From Vicugna vicugna (Eukaryota), in NCBI GenBank assembly GCA_013265495.1, contig MU058781.1, forward strand, positions 5,936,118-6,000,117: a stretch of 64,000 bases of DNA, written 5' to 3'. A model generated the notes under the pieces. It did no database searches and was not told where the DNA came from. It saw only the letters and a program-made list of their open reading frames with translations. Every line of letters begins with the position of its first letter. Position 1 is the first letter of the stretch. This document shows, piece by piece, positions 1 through 13,713 of this stretch. Position numbers and translations under genes: made by a program.

Positions 1-131
1 AGAACAGGGAACTATATTCAGTAGCTTGTAATAACTTATAATGGAAAAGAATATAAATGTATAACTGAATCACTATGCTGTACACTAGAAACTCACACAA
101 CACTGTAAGTCAACTATACTTCAATTTAAAA
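1..131 (+). mobile_element. L1 3' end (cetartiodactyl-type), cut by window edge
   Basis: cagggaactatattcagtagcttgtaataac...ataactgaatcactatgctgtacac...caactatacttcaat plus A-rich tail; homologous to copies at 7507, 9040 and 46016. Confidence 0.9.
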
Positions 132-435
132 GAAGGGGATAATCACTTAAGATTTTCTCTCTGTTACAAGTCAAACACACTACTGTGATTTTTGAGACTT
201 TGAGGGTTATAACTGCTCTCTCACTCTCTTCTCCCAAAACTCACTTGGTCAAAATGTGGCTTTTCCCTTTTTATCACTGGGGTGAAGATAAAGCACAGGG
301 TAAAGGAGAGGTCTAGATCCTTTTGCTACCAGCCATGTGAACTTAGGTACATAATTGCCCTCTCTGAGCCTGGAAATGAAATGCAGAAACTGGCTGTGTC
401 TGTATCCACAGGACAGCCCTGAGAACCAACTGAGG

Positions 436-545
436 TCATTTATTCAACAAAATATTTCTTCGGCTTGTGCAGGCCAGATGTTGTGCCAGCACGACGACAC
501 AGCCAGAACCCCAGAACCCAGACAAGGAACGTTGGCCCTCATCAA
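436..545 (-). mobile_element. L2 3' end fragment
   Basis: tcatttattcaacaaaatattt...gccagatgttgtgccagc matches the reverse complement of the L2 3' terminus. Confidence 0.6.
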
Positions 546-1084
546 GCAGAGATCCAAGTGTACCATTTTGTAAACTGAAATGTGCAAACGTCAAGGTGGG
601 TGCGATGTGTACCTCACGCACTGGTGTTACCTGCTCCTGCTTCCAAGCCATTCAAGCCTTCCTGCTCCACCGGCTTCTCAACACAAACGTAAACCAGAAG
701 TCAGGTCTCTAAGGACAGCGATTACCCTCTTCACTCAATCAGCCGCACGTTTCCCAAATGCGCCTCGTTTGTCTCCCACTGAGCAATTTCTAACGCAGAA
801 AAAAATTCAGAGCTGCTGTGAACAAGGTTAGTACAGCATCAAGTCATCTCAAAATGGGGATGCTTCAAACCACAAGCCGTTACTTTTTTCATTATTTCAA
901 AACGAACACGCTGTGTTTTAAACGCGTACCAGGTATGCCTGCAATGCCAACTTAATGGAGTTCGTGTGCGGCCATGTTGTGGTCATTTTTAATCTTATAA
1001 AAAAGGTAGCCCCTGGCTTGTTTTCTGTAACTCAGACTTAACATCATATCCTCGAAGATAACCTTCCTTCCCTTTCACGTCTAC

Positions 1085-1250
1085 ACTAGTGGACCTTTGG
1101 AGGGACAGAGAATTCTTTGAGGATCTGATGAAAGCTACAACCCTCTCCCCAGAAAATCACGCATTCCCATCATGTCATGTAAATACAGTTACCGGGGGAT
1201 CTGGGGGGCATTCTGAAAAAGTTCAGCCACCAGAAATGCAGGCCCCTCAA
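1085..1250. mobile_element. hAT-Charlie MITE (MER103-like)
   Basis: ctttgaggatctgatgaaagctacaaccctctccccagaaaa resembles the MER103C core as recalled. Confidence 0.6.
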
Positions 1251-1663
1251 CCACCTGATCACAGTGTCAGCCAATGGGCCCTGGCCCAGCATCCTCGCCC
1301 GACCACCCACCTGTATTGCCGCCCTCCTCTCCCCTTGTGTTTGTGGGTGCTGAACACGCAGTCTATAATAATTTTGAAAATCCAAAATAATGGGAAACAT
1401 CTAAGGTTATACAGAGAAAATATATCAAATTATAAAGCATCGGAGTCATTATAATAATTGAGCCTGATTCTATACCAGCTTTACTCAGCATTATTAGTAT
1501 TTTCTACAATAAAAATTTAGGTTTTTGTCACTCAAGTTCTTTACATAAGTGAGTTAATGCATCAAACTTGCTAAAGTTGAACAGAGTGTGAGTAATACTA
1601 GAAGTAAGTGTGAGTAACAATACTAGTTTCCTACTCTGCTCAAAAGGTCTGGGAGAGTTAAGA

Positions 1664-1671
<8 letters not shown>

Positions 1672-1703
<32 letters not shown>
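1672..1703 (+). repeat. Poly(A)32 homopolymer
   Basis: Uninterrupted run of 32 A. Confidence 0.97.
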
Positions 1704-1704
<1 letters not shown>

Positions 1705-4662
1705 CCTACATAAGATTTTTCTTCCAAAAAAGGTACAAAGCATTTTAATCTAAGAACTTTGTGTACTATTATGCACACAGTTGTCTTTAAGTAAGGTTGG
1801 TACGTTTTAACTACATAAGGTTATGTTCATATAAACATTTACGCAGGCTTCTTAGAAATAAAGAGAATTCTACCAAGGATTAAAAGTCAGTGCCATGATT
1901 TATAAATTATTTCAACGAAAAATTCTAAACTTTGAATTCTTTAAAGTTATTTTCCAATAGAGGAGGTCATTCCTTCAAGAGACAGAGCGGCATACTGTAT
2001 CATCTTTTTTTTTTTTCTTCCCACACTGTATTATCTTTCTTTTCTACTTTACAATCTCAGGTGGGCCATCTCTGGGGACATTTTCAACTTTATAAAAAAG
2101 ATACTTTTATGTGATCCTTTAAAAAAAAAACACAGTCTATCTTTATGCACATAAAATGAGTTCAATTACACACAGTCAGCTTGCACAAAACTTACTGCTA
2201 TAAATCAACTACAAAAAATGAGCTACAATTATTACTTAATCCTAAAAGAAGGACTAAGAGACAAAATGAATGGGCACTCTTTTATGGATAAAATAAAATT
2301 GTGTTATGCATCATCCCTTTAGTTAAACCTTTTATTTATAAATCTAGCAAATTTCCATGCGTAGGCTAAATTTCCTTTAGCTTTTCTGGACAAATTCCCT
2401 GCATTCAACAACACAAGTTCCAATGTTTAGTCAGAAAAGAGGCTCTAGAAGCATTAAGATAATTACACAATTTTAACGCCTAAGTATATATTTTTTAAAA
2501 ATTAATAATACAGTGTACTTCCTTGCTTAGAAGAAAATTTAAATTACAAAGAAACTGACTTTCAAAATTCCTGAACCCCAAAGCCATTAAAAAGTAGCCT
2601 GTGAGCCAAGGAGCGTCACTAAATATTTATCACAGGATAACATTTCTATAATATGAACGTTTCTGGCTACCGTGTAATTTCAAATTCATGCCCATTTTTA
2701 CTCCACTGTGTTTTTTTAGCATAAAACTAAAGCGTGTTGATTCTGGTACAAATCGTAAAAGAGACCATGAGGAATGTTCAAAGCAACCTCAACCGTGATG
2801 ACTTCATGTTCAAAAGATTTTTCTCATGTTAATAACATTTAAATCTTTGCCTCTGTCTGACTCACACGCCTCAGACTGGAAGTTTAGCCAAATCAGCTCC
2901 TCCACCCAGGTGAGGGAAGAACTTCATTGTCCTCAGCACAAAGTGGATGGCACTGCCTTTCGACTAGACAGGCTACATTTGGGCACGGTTCCTGAGACAC
3001 TGAAACAGGCAAGGAGGAAAAAAAATATTACTTCGCCCCAATTTCTCAGTAGGAATCTAGAGAAAATTCATGAAATCTGAGCAAGATCTTGAAGGTGTCT
3101 TTCTGATGAATAGGAAATTCAAAGTCCCCAGGCGTTCAGCTTCCGTGGGCATCAGTTTTCTTCCAAGCGTGTATGATCATGAAGGAGCTGTTAACATCTC
3201 CCTTGACAATGGTCTCTAACCAAATCAAGCGTTCATCACTGGGAGATTACGCTTTTACTCCATCCACCACAACCCAAACAAGCAACCTCAGGACAAGGAT
3301 GGATGGAAATAGCCCCCGACCTGACAATTTACCATCTCGCCTGATTAAAAAATTCCGTCAAGACTCAATGGGACAGACGAGGGTTGCACGTGCACTCTGT
3401 CTTAAGGCTGTGCTGATTCTAGTCTTTCCCACCAAACTCCGGGCCCAGGTACCAGTCCCAGTTTCACCAGAGAAAGACAGGAAAGTGGAGAAGTCCAGGC
3501 CGACCCTGAGCTCCCAAATAAATACAACTCATTTTAATAAGTCAAACTTGTTAACACATTATGGTGCATTCGAGGCAAAGAAGGGCAGAAGGCTGAAAAC
3601 AATTTACGTATTAAGTTTTCAAGAATGAAAGTGGCTATATGGTTTTTACACCACAATCGCTTGGATAATTACGATGAAAAACACATTTATGTCTTTTTGC
3701 TTTAAATGGTGTATCCTGTGTGCATCTGCTGGACGCTGGACTCCTTCTCCAGAGCCTTCTTAAAACAGGAAAGCAGACGCTTCTGTTTACTCAGGTCTCC
3801 AGAACTATTTATTACTCCGCTACTGCGTGTTTTCCTTCCAGAGGAGTGTGATTGTTAATGTGTTATTGCGAGTTTCTTAAGGAGTCAGAACATCCAGAGA
3901 AAAGCATGAACTACACACGGCAATAAAAGCTAGAAAACGTCTCAACAACATGGAAATGACTCACAGCCTAAAGATACGGAGGCTTAAGAAACACTCTGCC
4001 CCTCGATTCACGGTAAATGTGCTCGGATGAAATAAAAAACAGCTCAGGCCAGTTTTCAAATCAGAAATCAAGTTCAGAAAAATACCCTGCCTGAAATATC
4101 CTGTGAAAAAGCGTTTGAAACTCTTTTCCCTTCCTTTCTCGAGTCAGTGAAGTCCATTATCACTTGCACTCAGCGTACAGATCTGTCTAGTACCTGCTCC
4201 CACCTCTCTCCTCCAACAATATTTATGCCCAGATAAGGGAGGGAGTCATCTTCAAACACTCATCCCAGCATGTTTCTACACCATTTTTAAAAACAGAGGA
4301 AAAAGCATCAAAGTGAAGCCAAAGCATTTCTAAGAGGAAGGACTCCATAAATGCAGACCTTTTGGATCAATTCAGATCCAAGGACACAAGAAACAAGTGC
4401 ACATGGGCAGGAATGACTGGTAAATATTTGCATTTCTCTACCCTGGTGACCCCGTGTTCTCTTAGGTTACCCTCCCCCCCACACACACACCTGCATTTTC
4501 CTTTTAGTTATAACGTGGAAGCCTAGCACTGGATGTGTGGTATCTCCTAACATACCCAGAACAGTAATAAGTGCTTAGCAAACTGGGTACAGATAAAACG
4601 TCTAATATAAATGAGAAAATAAGCCCAAATTATAAACTTTTTAAAAAAGGTATAGTTTCAAA

Positions 4663-4926
4663 GAGGCAGATGTGCAGAGAACAAACTAGTGGTTACCAGT
4701 GGGAGAGGGAAGGGGTAGGGATAGCATGGGGTAGGGGATGAAGAGGTGCAAATTATTATGTACAAAATAAGCTACAAGGATATATTATGCAACATGGGAA
4801 ACACAGCCAATATTTTATAACACCTATGAGTACAACCTTTAAAAATTGTGAAATCACTATACCTGTAACTTAAATAACACCTGTAACTTAAATAATACTG
4901 TGCATCAACTATACTTTAATAAAAAA
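4663..4926 (+). mobile_element. L1 3' UTR fragment with an internal 18-bp tandem duplication
   Basis: agagaacaaactagtggttaccagtgggagaggg...aaaataagctacaaggatatatt...caactatactttaataaaaaa; acctgtaacttaaataa repeated at 4861 and 4879. Confidence 0.88.
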
Positions 4927-5540
4927 GAGACACAGTCTTAAATCCCTTAAGTACTTGTAGAAAAACTTCGAAATGAGCAATAAATTATTAAATGAATACA
5001 CGATGAGAGCTTGTATATTGCTATTACACAAATATAATTATACATTATAATGTATAAAACAGAATGCATGCAAAGAGGGACTTCTAAATCTAAAGTGCTC
5101 TCTTATGCACTCTTTTCCTTTCTAATGTACCCTGAACACTCTGTCTGTGAAATAATTTGTATTACTTTTTAGCAGCGAAAATCTTTTGTCATTGGGCCAA
5201 TTATTAATACAGACTCAGATGTGGACACAAATGCCGACCATGAAAGGGTCAAAATTAACAACATTTCTGTCCAATGAAAGTGAAAAATTCATCACACAGA
5301 CCAGCTCCTCCTTTCATCCAGCAGAGACACTACTGGGTACAAAAATAACTCAAGCCACCCTGGGCACCTGGACACTGGACACTCGTGCACTCCTTCCACA
5401 TCTATTTATTCCCACCTGTACTGCTCTGAAATTATGAAGCTGCAGGCGAAAATTCAGAGGTCACTTAGTCTAGACACTTGTTTTGCCTGAGAGGCTCTGA
5501 GGATTCGAGAGATCAAATGCCCCGAGCACAATGAGTTTAC

Positions 5541-5542
5541 GA

Positions 5543-5582
<40 letters not shown>
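5541..5582. repeat. (GA)n microsatellite
   Basis: About 21 GA units with one GT interruption. Confidence 0.95.
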
Positions 5583-5584
<2 letters not shown>

Positions 5585-6094
5585 CAGGGTCCTTTCCTCC
5601 CTGATCCTTGCTCTTCCTGCCTCACTACCCTGGACGCCGAGAGGCGGCGAGAGCCTCCAGTCACATGGAGGCTGACTGGGAAGCAAGACATCTAAGTTAC
5701 AAAATGAAGCAATAACGACATGAGTCGTGCAGACAAGTACCCGGGAACTGAGGCAAGTGCGGAAGGAGGCTGGTTTGGGCTGAAACAGCTAGGGAAACCT
5801 TCCCATCCTGGAGAAAAAGGGAGGCTCATGCCAGACATTCACGACGGGGCAGACTGTGGCTGGGTGAAGGCAGAGCAGTGAGGGAGGAATCTGAGCAAAA
5901 CCTGGTGGTCAGAAATAAACATGATACATACAGGCAAAGTCTGAGACCAAGGGGAGACAACAGATCATGTCCGCACACTCTACCACCCTAGGGCTCACCA
6001 ACCCCTCCTCCCAGATGCCTGGAACATTGCCCTAAATATTATACAAAGAAATTTGAAAATCCCAAAGGAGAACAATAACATGAAAAGAGTAAGT

Positions 6095-6260
6095 AAAGCA
6101 TAAATGGCATTTACTAGGTGCCAAGCGCTCTTTTAGATGTCTTACATACGTTGATTTATTTAATTCTCACGCTGATTATAATCCACACTTTTCAGATGAA
6201 GAAACTGAGGTGACTTGGCCAAGCTAGTAAATGGCAGGGCTGGTATTCAAAACACAGGAG
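6095..6260 (-). mobile_element. MIR SINE
   Basis: Core ttttcagatgaagaaactgagg...gacttggccaag...agtaaatggcagggctggtattcaaa. Confidence 0.8.
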
Positions 6261-7506
6261 CTATCAAAATTCTGGGATATACAACTCTAACTGAACACAT
6301 GGCATAACTATTCAAGTTTAAACAGCAGACTCAGAATAGCCTGGCACCCCCTGTCCCCGACCCCCAGCCTTTCTTCCTGCCTGTCCTCCTGATAATTCAG
6401 TCCTAATGCTAAGGATTCTTAAGGTTGCCGTCACACCTCCAGGGTACTTCCAAAAGCCTGGGAGAGGTGATCCAAATGGTACCTCAGCGGTCCAAACACA
6501 GCAGACATGTGAGACAAGCCCTTCTACAGGGCGATGGCTGCCATCTGGCAACCTAGGATGGATTTTAAAAACAGCCTCCCTTGCTGTACAGAGTATCTGG
6601 TCACGGAGTTTGTTATCAGCAGAACCAGGATTAAAAATGGTGACCTCTGTCTTTTCTCTCTCTCACCCTTATTCTCCCAAGATGTGTATTTATATTTTTT
6701 GCACAGCAGCCAAAGGGAAAAAAAACATCACCAGGAGCCTTCCTGTGGGGCTCGCAGTAAAATGAGTAACAGCCGGACAGAGAGAGCAAAGAGAAAGTGA
6801 GTCATGGCTAGGGTGCGAAATCTACAGGCTTTTTCCCCGGCTTTCTTTGAAATGTTTTCTCTGACCTTGGAGCGGCTGGCTTATATTTTCATACCCCAGA
6901 ACGCCACCTGAGACTCCAGAGTAAGGCTCTCAGTAACATCAAAAGCTCATAATCCTTCCTTCAAATTGTAGGCATCTCAACTGGTAGTACCTGTGTCCTT
7001 TACACAACAGTGTAAGTGACATGAGGCAGTAACTGCAAGGGCTTGAATAGGGCCATGTGGTTTAGCGCCGTTTTGCAATCTAGCTTTCCATGCCCTCGTG
7101 GAGGTCTTGGATTTCCCGGGAGGCGGGGGGGAGCGTGTGCTATCAGCGATTAGTTTACTGAGATCCCACAGTGATGCACAGCTCTGGGTACCACTGCCTA
7201 AAAACCTCTCCTCTGATTATCAATCACAGTGGTTATATTTTATTTTCTCCTACGGATTCTGGTCCTCCAACTGACTCCTGACACACTAGGAAGGGGAAAC
7301 AGGCCCGCTGAACATAAATCACATGAGTACTTAAGTGCTTTTTGTGCTTACTAGCGTTTCTGGCACATTAAATCTTGAGTACAATTCTTCCTTACTCCTC
7401 AAATGAATGAAAAACCATTGAGACCATCTCAAGGGTAGCAACGGACTAAAAAGAAATAAACTTTTTAAAATAAATAATCATGTGGAATTTCCTTTAAAAA
7501 ACAAAA

Positions 7507-7700
7507 TCAGGACCTACTGTACAGCACAGAGAACTATATTCAATTTCTTATAATAACATATAATGGAAAAGAATCTGAAAAGAGAATATATAGATATGTA
7601 TGTATATGTATAACTGAATCACTTTGCTGTACACTTGAAACTAACATTGTAAACCAACTACACTTCAATAAAAAATTAAATTTAAAAAATTAAATTAAAT
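7507..7700 (+). mobile_element. L1 3' end
   Basis: ggacctactgtacagcacagagaactatattcaat...ataactgaatcactttgctgtacac...cttcaataaaaaa. Confidence 0.9.
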
Positions 7701-8367
7701 ATTTTTACATATTAAATGAAATTTGTTACTGCTTGATTACCATTTAAATTATATTCTAAAGGAAAAAAACCCTTTATATAAGGTGGAACTTTTAGAAAAA
7801 GATGTATGAACACAAAGCTTTCTAGAGTTGAAAGGTAAAACAATAAATATATATTTTTTAATTCCACAAAATATAGGAAGAGTATTAGAAGAAAACCCCC
7901 TACCTTTCTTAGGAGCCATGTGTACCAAGGCTTGTTAACAGTACCCTGCATGAGGCTTGCATTCAAGCCCACTGCTCTTTTCTAATAAAATTTTCCTCCA
8001 AGTTCTCCTTTTGTTGTGAGCTTCAGTTATTACCTTCCCACTGGCTATCCACAACCACACGTATCTTTCAAAAGCTAATTGAAGCATAGAGAAGTTAAAC
8101 ATGAGTTATTCAAGGTCAACTCTCAAGTCAGTGGAAAAGTCATAAATACAGCGTCTCCACGCCAGTGTTCTGGGTGCTGGGACCACAGTGCACGGTGAAG
8201 TTTTGACTCTTGATTGTTGTTTGTGTATTTTAAAACCGCTTGCGTTGACAAGATAGAAGTTAGAAGCTTTTAACAAATTTCATTAGCACTGCACAACTTC
8301 CCATTCTTGGACCTATCACACATGTCAGTTCATTTTTAATATATGCATTTAAAATCCCCTTTAAGCA

Positions 8368-8505
8368 GGGGGTGGGTATAGCTCAGCAGCAGAGCATGTG
8401 CTTAGCAAGCACAAGGTCCTGGGTTCAATCCCCAGTACCCCCATTAATAAACAAATAAATGAGCTAATTACCTCCCCCTCCAAAGAAATAAATAAATAAA
8501 AAGAA
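8368..8505 (+). mobile_element. Camelid tRNA-derived SINE (Vic-1 type)
   Basis: GGGGGTGGGTATAGCTCAG (A box)...GGTTCAATCCCCAGTACC (B box), then ctaattacctccccc and (AAAT)n tail; homologous to copies at 21917 and 54368. Confidence 0.88.
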
Positions 8506-9039
8506 ACTGCCACTTTAAAAAAATAAAAATTCAAAAAGAAAACCGTTTAAGACACTGTAGAAGTGACTCCAATATATCTGAATGAGAAGGTTTGCTTTTT
8601 AAAGTAGACCCTATTTTTTTTTCCTATCAGACACAGCTGAATCACAATGCATGGTGAGCAGTTAGCGCAAAAAGAAATGCTCTGCATTTTGTGCAGCACC
8701 AAACGGCACTAGACCCCATCCTAAGACAAGCCCCGTGTGCACAGTGCCTGGAAAGGCTGAAGAGGCGCCTCTGGGAGCGCCGGATGCATTCAGGAGGAAA
8801 AACATGGCTAGTACTGAGCTGCACGGAGAAATGAGGGCGCCAGAGCTGTCAGAAAAAACCTTCACGAGCGTGGGCAGATTAAACAGATAACCAGAGGGAT
8901 TTTTTTTTTCTTTCTGTTTTCTAAAAAGGGAGGTCACTCTTTTTGCTTTCAGGACCTTAAAAATTAAACCAGAGTAGCCCAGGGCTGGAAGGCTTTGAAA
9001 AGAGCCTTCAGCATAATTCGGGGCCTAAAACCCAGGAGA

Positions 9040-9236
9040 CAGATAAACTAAAAAAAAAAAAAAAAAAGTTTCTTCTGCATAGCACAGGGAACTATATTCA
9101 GTATCTTGTAATAACCTTTAATGAAAAGAATATGAAAACGAATATATGTATGCATATGCATGCCTGGGACTTTACGCTGTACACCAGAAACTGACACATT
9201 GTAACTGACTGTAATTCAATTAAGCAAAACAAAAGC
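9040..9236 (+). mobile_element. L1 3' end (camelid-type) with probable TSD
   Basis: tttcttctgcatagcacagggaactatattcagtatcttgtaataacctttaatgaaaagaatatg...gtaactgactgtaattcaatt; flanked by aaaacccaggaga / aaaaacaggaga. Confidence 0.88.
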
Positions 9237-11269
9237 AAAAACAGGAGAAACCAAATCCCAAGGAGTTGTTTTACTTTGCTTTCTGCTACCACACTCGAAG
9301 ACTACTTGATCTAACAAATGGGCCTTTTTTTTTTCCCTGCTATCTCTCTACCATGAAAAAGCTCATTTGCCATTGAATTTTTATCTAACCATGCTGGCTG
9401 TTTTTTTTTTTCTTTCTTTTTCTTTCTTTTTTTTTTTGTCTCTTTCTCCCGTCTACCCCAACTCCACCTACACTGGCATTCTCTGTGGTCAAAGAACTTG
9501 TTTCAGTATTAGTGTTCAATATAACAAATGCCAAGTAAACACTCTACACATTTCCTGTGCTATTTAAAGCATCCTAAGCAATTATTTGCTCTAAAATATT
9601 AAACTGTAAATTTTCTTCGCTGTGCCAATTCCTGTAGGAATAGCTGTCACAGAACAGTACTTAGGATTCTCAAATGCAGCTTTTAAATCAGCTACACTCT
9701 TAAGCTACATTTGCCAAGCATGTTTTTTGAGACAATGTACAAAGCTACAACCAAGTGTCATATGCAGCTCTTTTTTTCATATTTGGAGCTTATTAATAGG
9801 CATATTGGTATTTTTGAACAAAGATTTTTCCCCAAGCAAAAATGTAAGAGAGAGAAGGGGCAGACAGACAGACAGACAGATACATAGTCACACTTTAAGC
9901 TCAATACTATACTGCTTTTTATTACAGGCCAAAATCATGACCTTTGAAAAATCACATTTGATAAAGCTCCCAATCATATAGTTGGTTCATAAAAGGGTCC
10001 CCTAACACTAGTGCTATAATGGGTGTGCACTATATCCAATATACAAACACATGCAATTCTAGAAAAATATTAATACCATACATAGGTAAATGCATATGTG
10101 CAAATGACTACACACAGACATAAATATGCCTTTTTAAGCACTTTTATGTTGAGCTAGATGTGATTCTTTTTCAACCTTTCAAATTCATTACATGTTTTGC
10201 AGTTACATGGGAGGAACTTTAAAGTAACCTGGCTCTAAGTGCTTCATGGCTAAGACCGTGTTAAACTGCCACCTTCTCCTTCAGAATTGTGCAATCCCTG
10301 GAAAAATTTTTATGCCACAGAGTACGACCTGCAAACCAAAACCAAAAGCCTGCTTTGCTTACATTTTTAAAAATGTATTAAAATATATTTTCCAAATGAT
10401 GTAAGAATTACATTATTCCCACCAGGCCAGAATCCATTTTGATTTTCACAGACTGCACCCAGTATTACTACTTGCTGAAAGATAGCATTAAGGCATTAAG
10501 GCACAACAAGGTTCTATTATCTTAACATGTTCCACTCAATGGCTTTGGATTGTGTTATGAAGTGCCCTCACACTGGTTACCAAAAATGTATCGCTATTTT
10601 AAGAGTCACACTATTAAGAAACCACATGTCTATAGAGCTGATATTTGTGACTTATAACCCGACAAACTTTTTAGAGAAGTGTCAGCACAGTCAAATTAAA
10701 TCCCCGCCTCGGATGGTCTGTCTGTTACAGTCTGTCCCCAGCAAGGCGTGTCACTTAAGTGCATGGAAGAAACTGTCCTCTCGCCAAAAATTCCCAACAC
10801 GAGTCATGGCACGGAGGCCTGGACATCACAGCAGAGACCACACTCCCCGACCTTTTCATGCAGGTCTGACTCAGTTCCTCTTTGTGCTCCGCGAGGGTGA
10901 GAAAAAGGAGGAAGAAGAGAGAGGACAGAGCAGGGAAGAGAGACGAGAAAAAAGGAAGGAAAACAAAAGAATCATCTGGCTGGGATGCATTTTTCTGCAC
11001 TTTGGTTAAACATATTTTAGAACATCATTTTTATTTAGTGGCTACTTCTGAGGTGGGAAGAAAGGTGATGTGATGGGGAGGGGGGCCCAATGTGGGAGGA
11101 CATCAAACTCATGGTAAGAAGGAAATCCGGGTGGAGGATGACTTGAGTGCTCACTGAATCCCTATTCTTTGTGGTTTACCTGAGTTTTGTGATTATGCTG
11201 TTGTATATACTCAACATTTATGAAAACCACTTTGCAGGTCTCACGATGACATGGGTGGTAAGCAATTAA

Positions 11270-11500
11270 AGTACAATTAGTTAAGAGCACAGAGTCGAAA
11301 GTTAAAATGGTATGAGCTGAAACCCAGTCCTGCCACTTACTAGCTGTGTGACCTTGGGCAAGCTACTAACCTGGTTATCTTATCTGTAAAGTGGAGATAA
11401 TAACTACCAACTAGGTTTACTGTGAGGATTAAGTGATCAGCACAGTGACTGATACATCCTAAATCCTCCATATGCCAGCTAGCCATTACTATTATTAAAA
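11270..11500 (+). mobile_element. MIR SINE, near full length
   Basis: gttaagagcacag...ctgccacttactagctgtgtgaccttgggcaag...atctgtaaagtggagataataa...tgtgaggattaa. Confidence 0.9.
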
Positions 11501-12140
11501 GGATAGGTTCTTGGCACAATGACTTTTCTTGAGTGGGTGCACTGTTTCTCGTGTTTTCCATCCTGAATCTGGTAAACACATATTTGTTAACCAAGTAATT
11601 TACTGAATAAAGGTATCAACAATCAAATACTGTTTTTTTAAGTGAAATTCTGTATGTTGCTGTCTACAAGATGCTTACATGAATGAAAGAAACAAATTTA
11701 ACAGTCCCACAAGAAAAGTGTGATGTACTTGAGTATCCAGGTACCCTCTCTGGGGAGTTTAATTAATAGTAGCAATGTTAGCTGTCTCATGTAAGAGAAC
11801 ATCAATCCAGCATTAATTTTAAAATTAGAAGACATCTACCATTCACTTATATGAGTACTCAGAGTGCACAAAACATGTTAAATCCTGCTAAGTATCTTAC
11901 ACTGACAAAGAATAATAATTAACAAAATCCATGTAGATCATTTTAAAAGCTGTCCTCTCAAGTGATACGGAAAAGGAAATCAAAGATTAATTTGTCTAAA
12001 GCCACAAGCCACAATTTATTCAGCTTTATTGGTCCCCTCCACGGCATGTGCCTTGCACATAGTAGGTTTACAAGAAATGAACAAAATTAAGTTGAATGTC
12101 AAATGAGGAGGTTGGACAAAAAAGATGTCTACGGTCCCAT

Positions 12141-12280
12141 TTTTAAATATCATAAATGACAAACTGCCCAAATGCTCAAACTATTAAATTTTGAGTTTCA
12201 TGAATGACAAACTGCCTCAATGAGCAAACTATTAAATTTTAAATTTCATAAATGACAAACTGCCTAAACGATCAAACTAT
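12141..12280. repeat. 48-bp tandem repeat, ~2.9 copies
   Basis: Units start at 12141, 12189 and 12237; invariant cores AATGACAAACTGCC and CAAACTAT. Confidence 0.93.
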
Positions 12281-13713
12281 CCCCGACTTTAGTTGATCTT
12301 CATAGCTAAACTCAAGAATTAGCTGCTACATTAATAATGAAGCTTATTGAAGAAATCCTCCCTTTTTTAACTTCAATTAATGTGAGGATGGTCAATCCAC
12401 AGTCTTGACTTCAGTAATTTAATTATTCTGTCGTCATAGTATTAAGAAGATGCCTAGGTTCTAAGTTTCTAGAAGCATAAAGAAACTGGTGACTCAGAAA
12501 TATTTATGTTTTGAAACCAAAGAAATAAAATTAAGACATTTCCTTTTTTTTCTTTTAATAATTCCTAATCTCCCTTTAGTGTATTTATTGAGCATTAGTT
12601 GTAATTTAATACAATAGCTCTCCTGGGAGAAAGAAAATCAACCTAAAAATGAAGAGTTTTCCAGTCATAGAGAGAGTTACATTAGAAAAATACCAGAGGG
12701 AAATAATCTTTATTTTATATAGCAATTAGAACCTTACAAATAAAAAATACATTTTTTTAAAGTTATAGCATAGGTTCAGAGCTGGCCAAAAGTGAACATA
12801 TTTGATGAGTTACTGATTACTGGTGAGAACAAAGGGAAATCCGAGGTGAAGAATCAAATCTCTCTCAAAATCAGTCACTCGTATGTCTGTACCTCTGTCA
12901 TAAAGTGTTTATGGGTTTGACTTATCTTCCAAGCATAAAACTCCTTCCAGAGAGCAGAAACTCATAATCGCCCACATTCCACACTGAAATAGATCCATCA
13001 GCATCTCACCTACATAAGAACAGCTCCTAAAGTTATGAGCAAAGGTTATTTGTAGAGAATCAAAAAGACATAAAGATTTCCAAGTCAAAATGTAATGCTC
13101 TTTACTTTTCTGAAGCACATACTAAGGGAAAACTTTCGTTAAAGAGACAAGCGAGAACAAGACCATTCCCCCTTCACAGAAACCAGCAAATAAAGAATTT
13201 ATGCGTAGAATACCTGGATTTGCTTTCCTGTTTCCTCACCAGGGACTTTTCATATATATGTAAAATTAGCTAACAGTCAACGAAACCTTCAGAGCACTGA
13301 ATGACACACAGTCACACAGACACACTCTCAGATACAAAAGAGAGCAAGGCTGATGCTATTTCAATATCATGAAATATTTTCCTAACCGTGCACAGATGGA
13401 AGTACAGACTTTTCTGCCAACCGCCTGGTTCAGAAACTTTGCTCTATTTTTAATTATTTGGTTCAGAGGACCCGTTTGTGATTAACTTCTGTGTTGGATG
13501 GCAAAGCAAGAAAAGTTCCTGACCCGCAGCAAAGAACACCGAGAGAAGCTTAATTATTTTTAAACAGCGAGTGTAATATTGTAAACCATGTGTAGGGACA
13601 ACTAATTTGTCTAAGACCTGCTGATGGCTGCAGCAGTCTGAAGCTGCGGAGTGTATCAGTAAAACAGAAAAATCCAGGAGGTTTTAAGGAAGTGACACCG
13701 AAATGAAGTTCTT

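Noticed and set aside
3173..3628. 151-aa ATG ORF antisense in intron 3
   Set aside because: No recognisable homology, no retrocopy hallmarks; length is within chance for a 64-kb window. BLASTP or PhyloCSF would settle it.
12141..12280. Repeat-spacer appearance suggesting a CRISPR-like array
   Set aside because: Whole 48-bp units are homologous with no unique spacers; mammalian intron, no cas genes.
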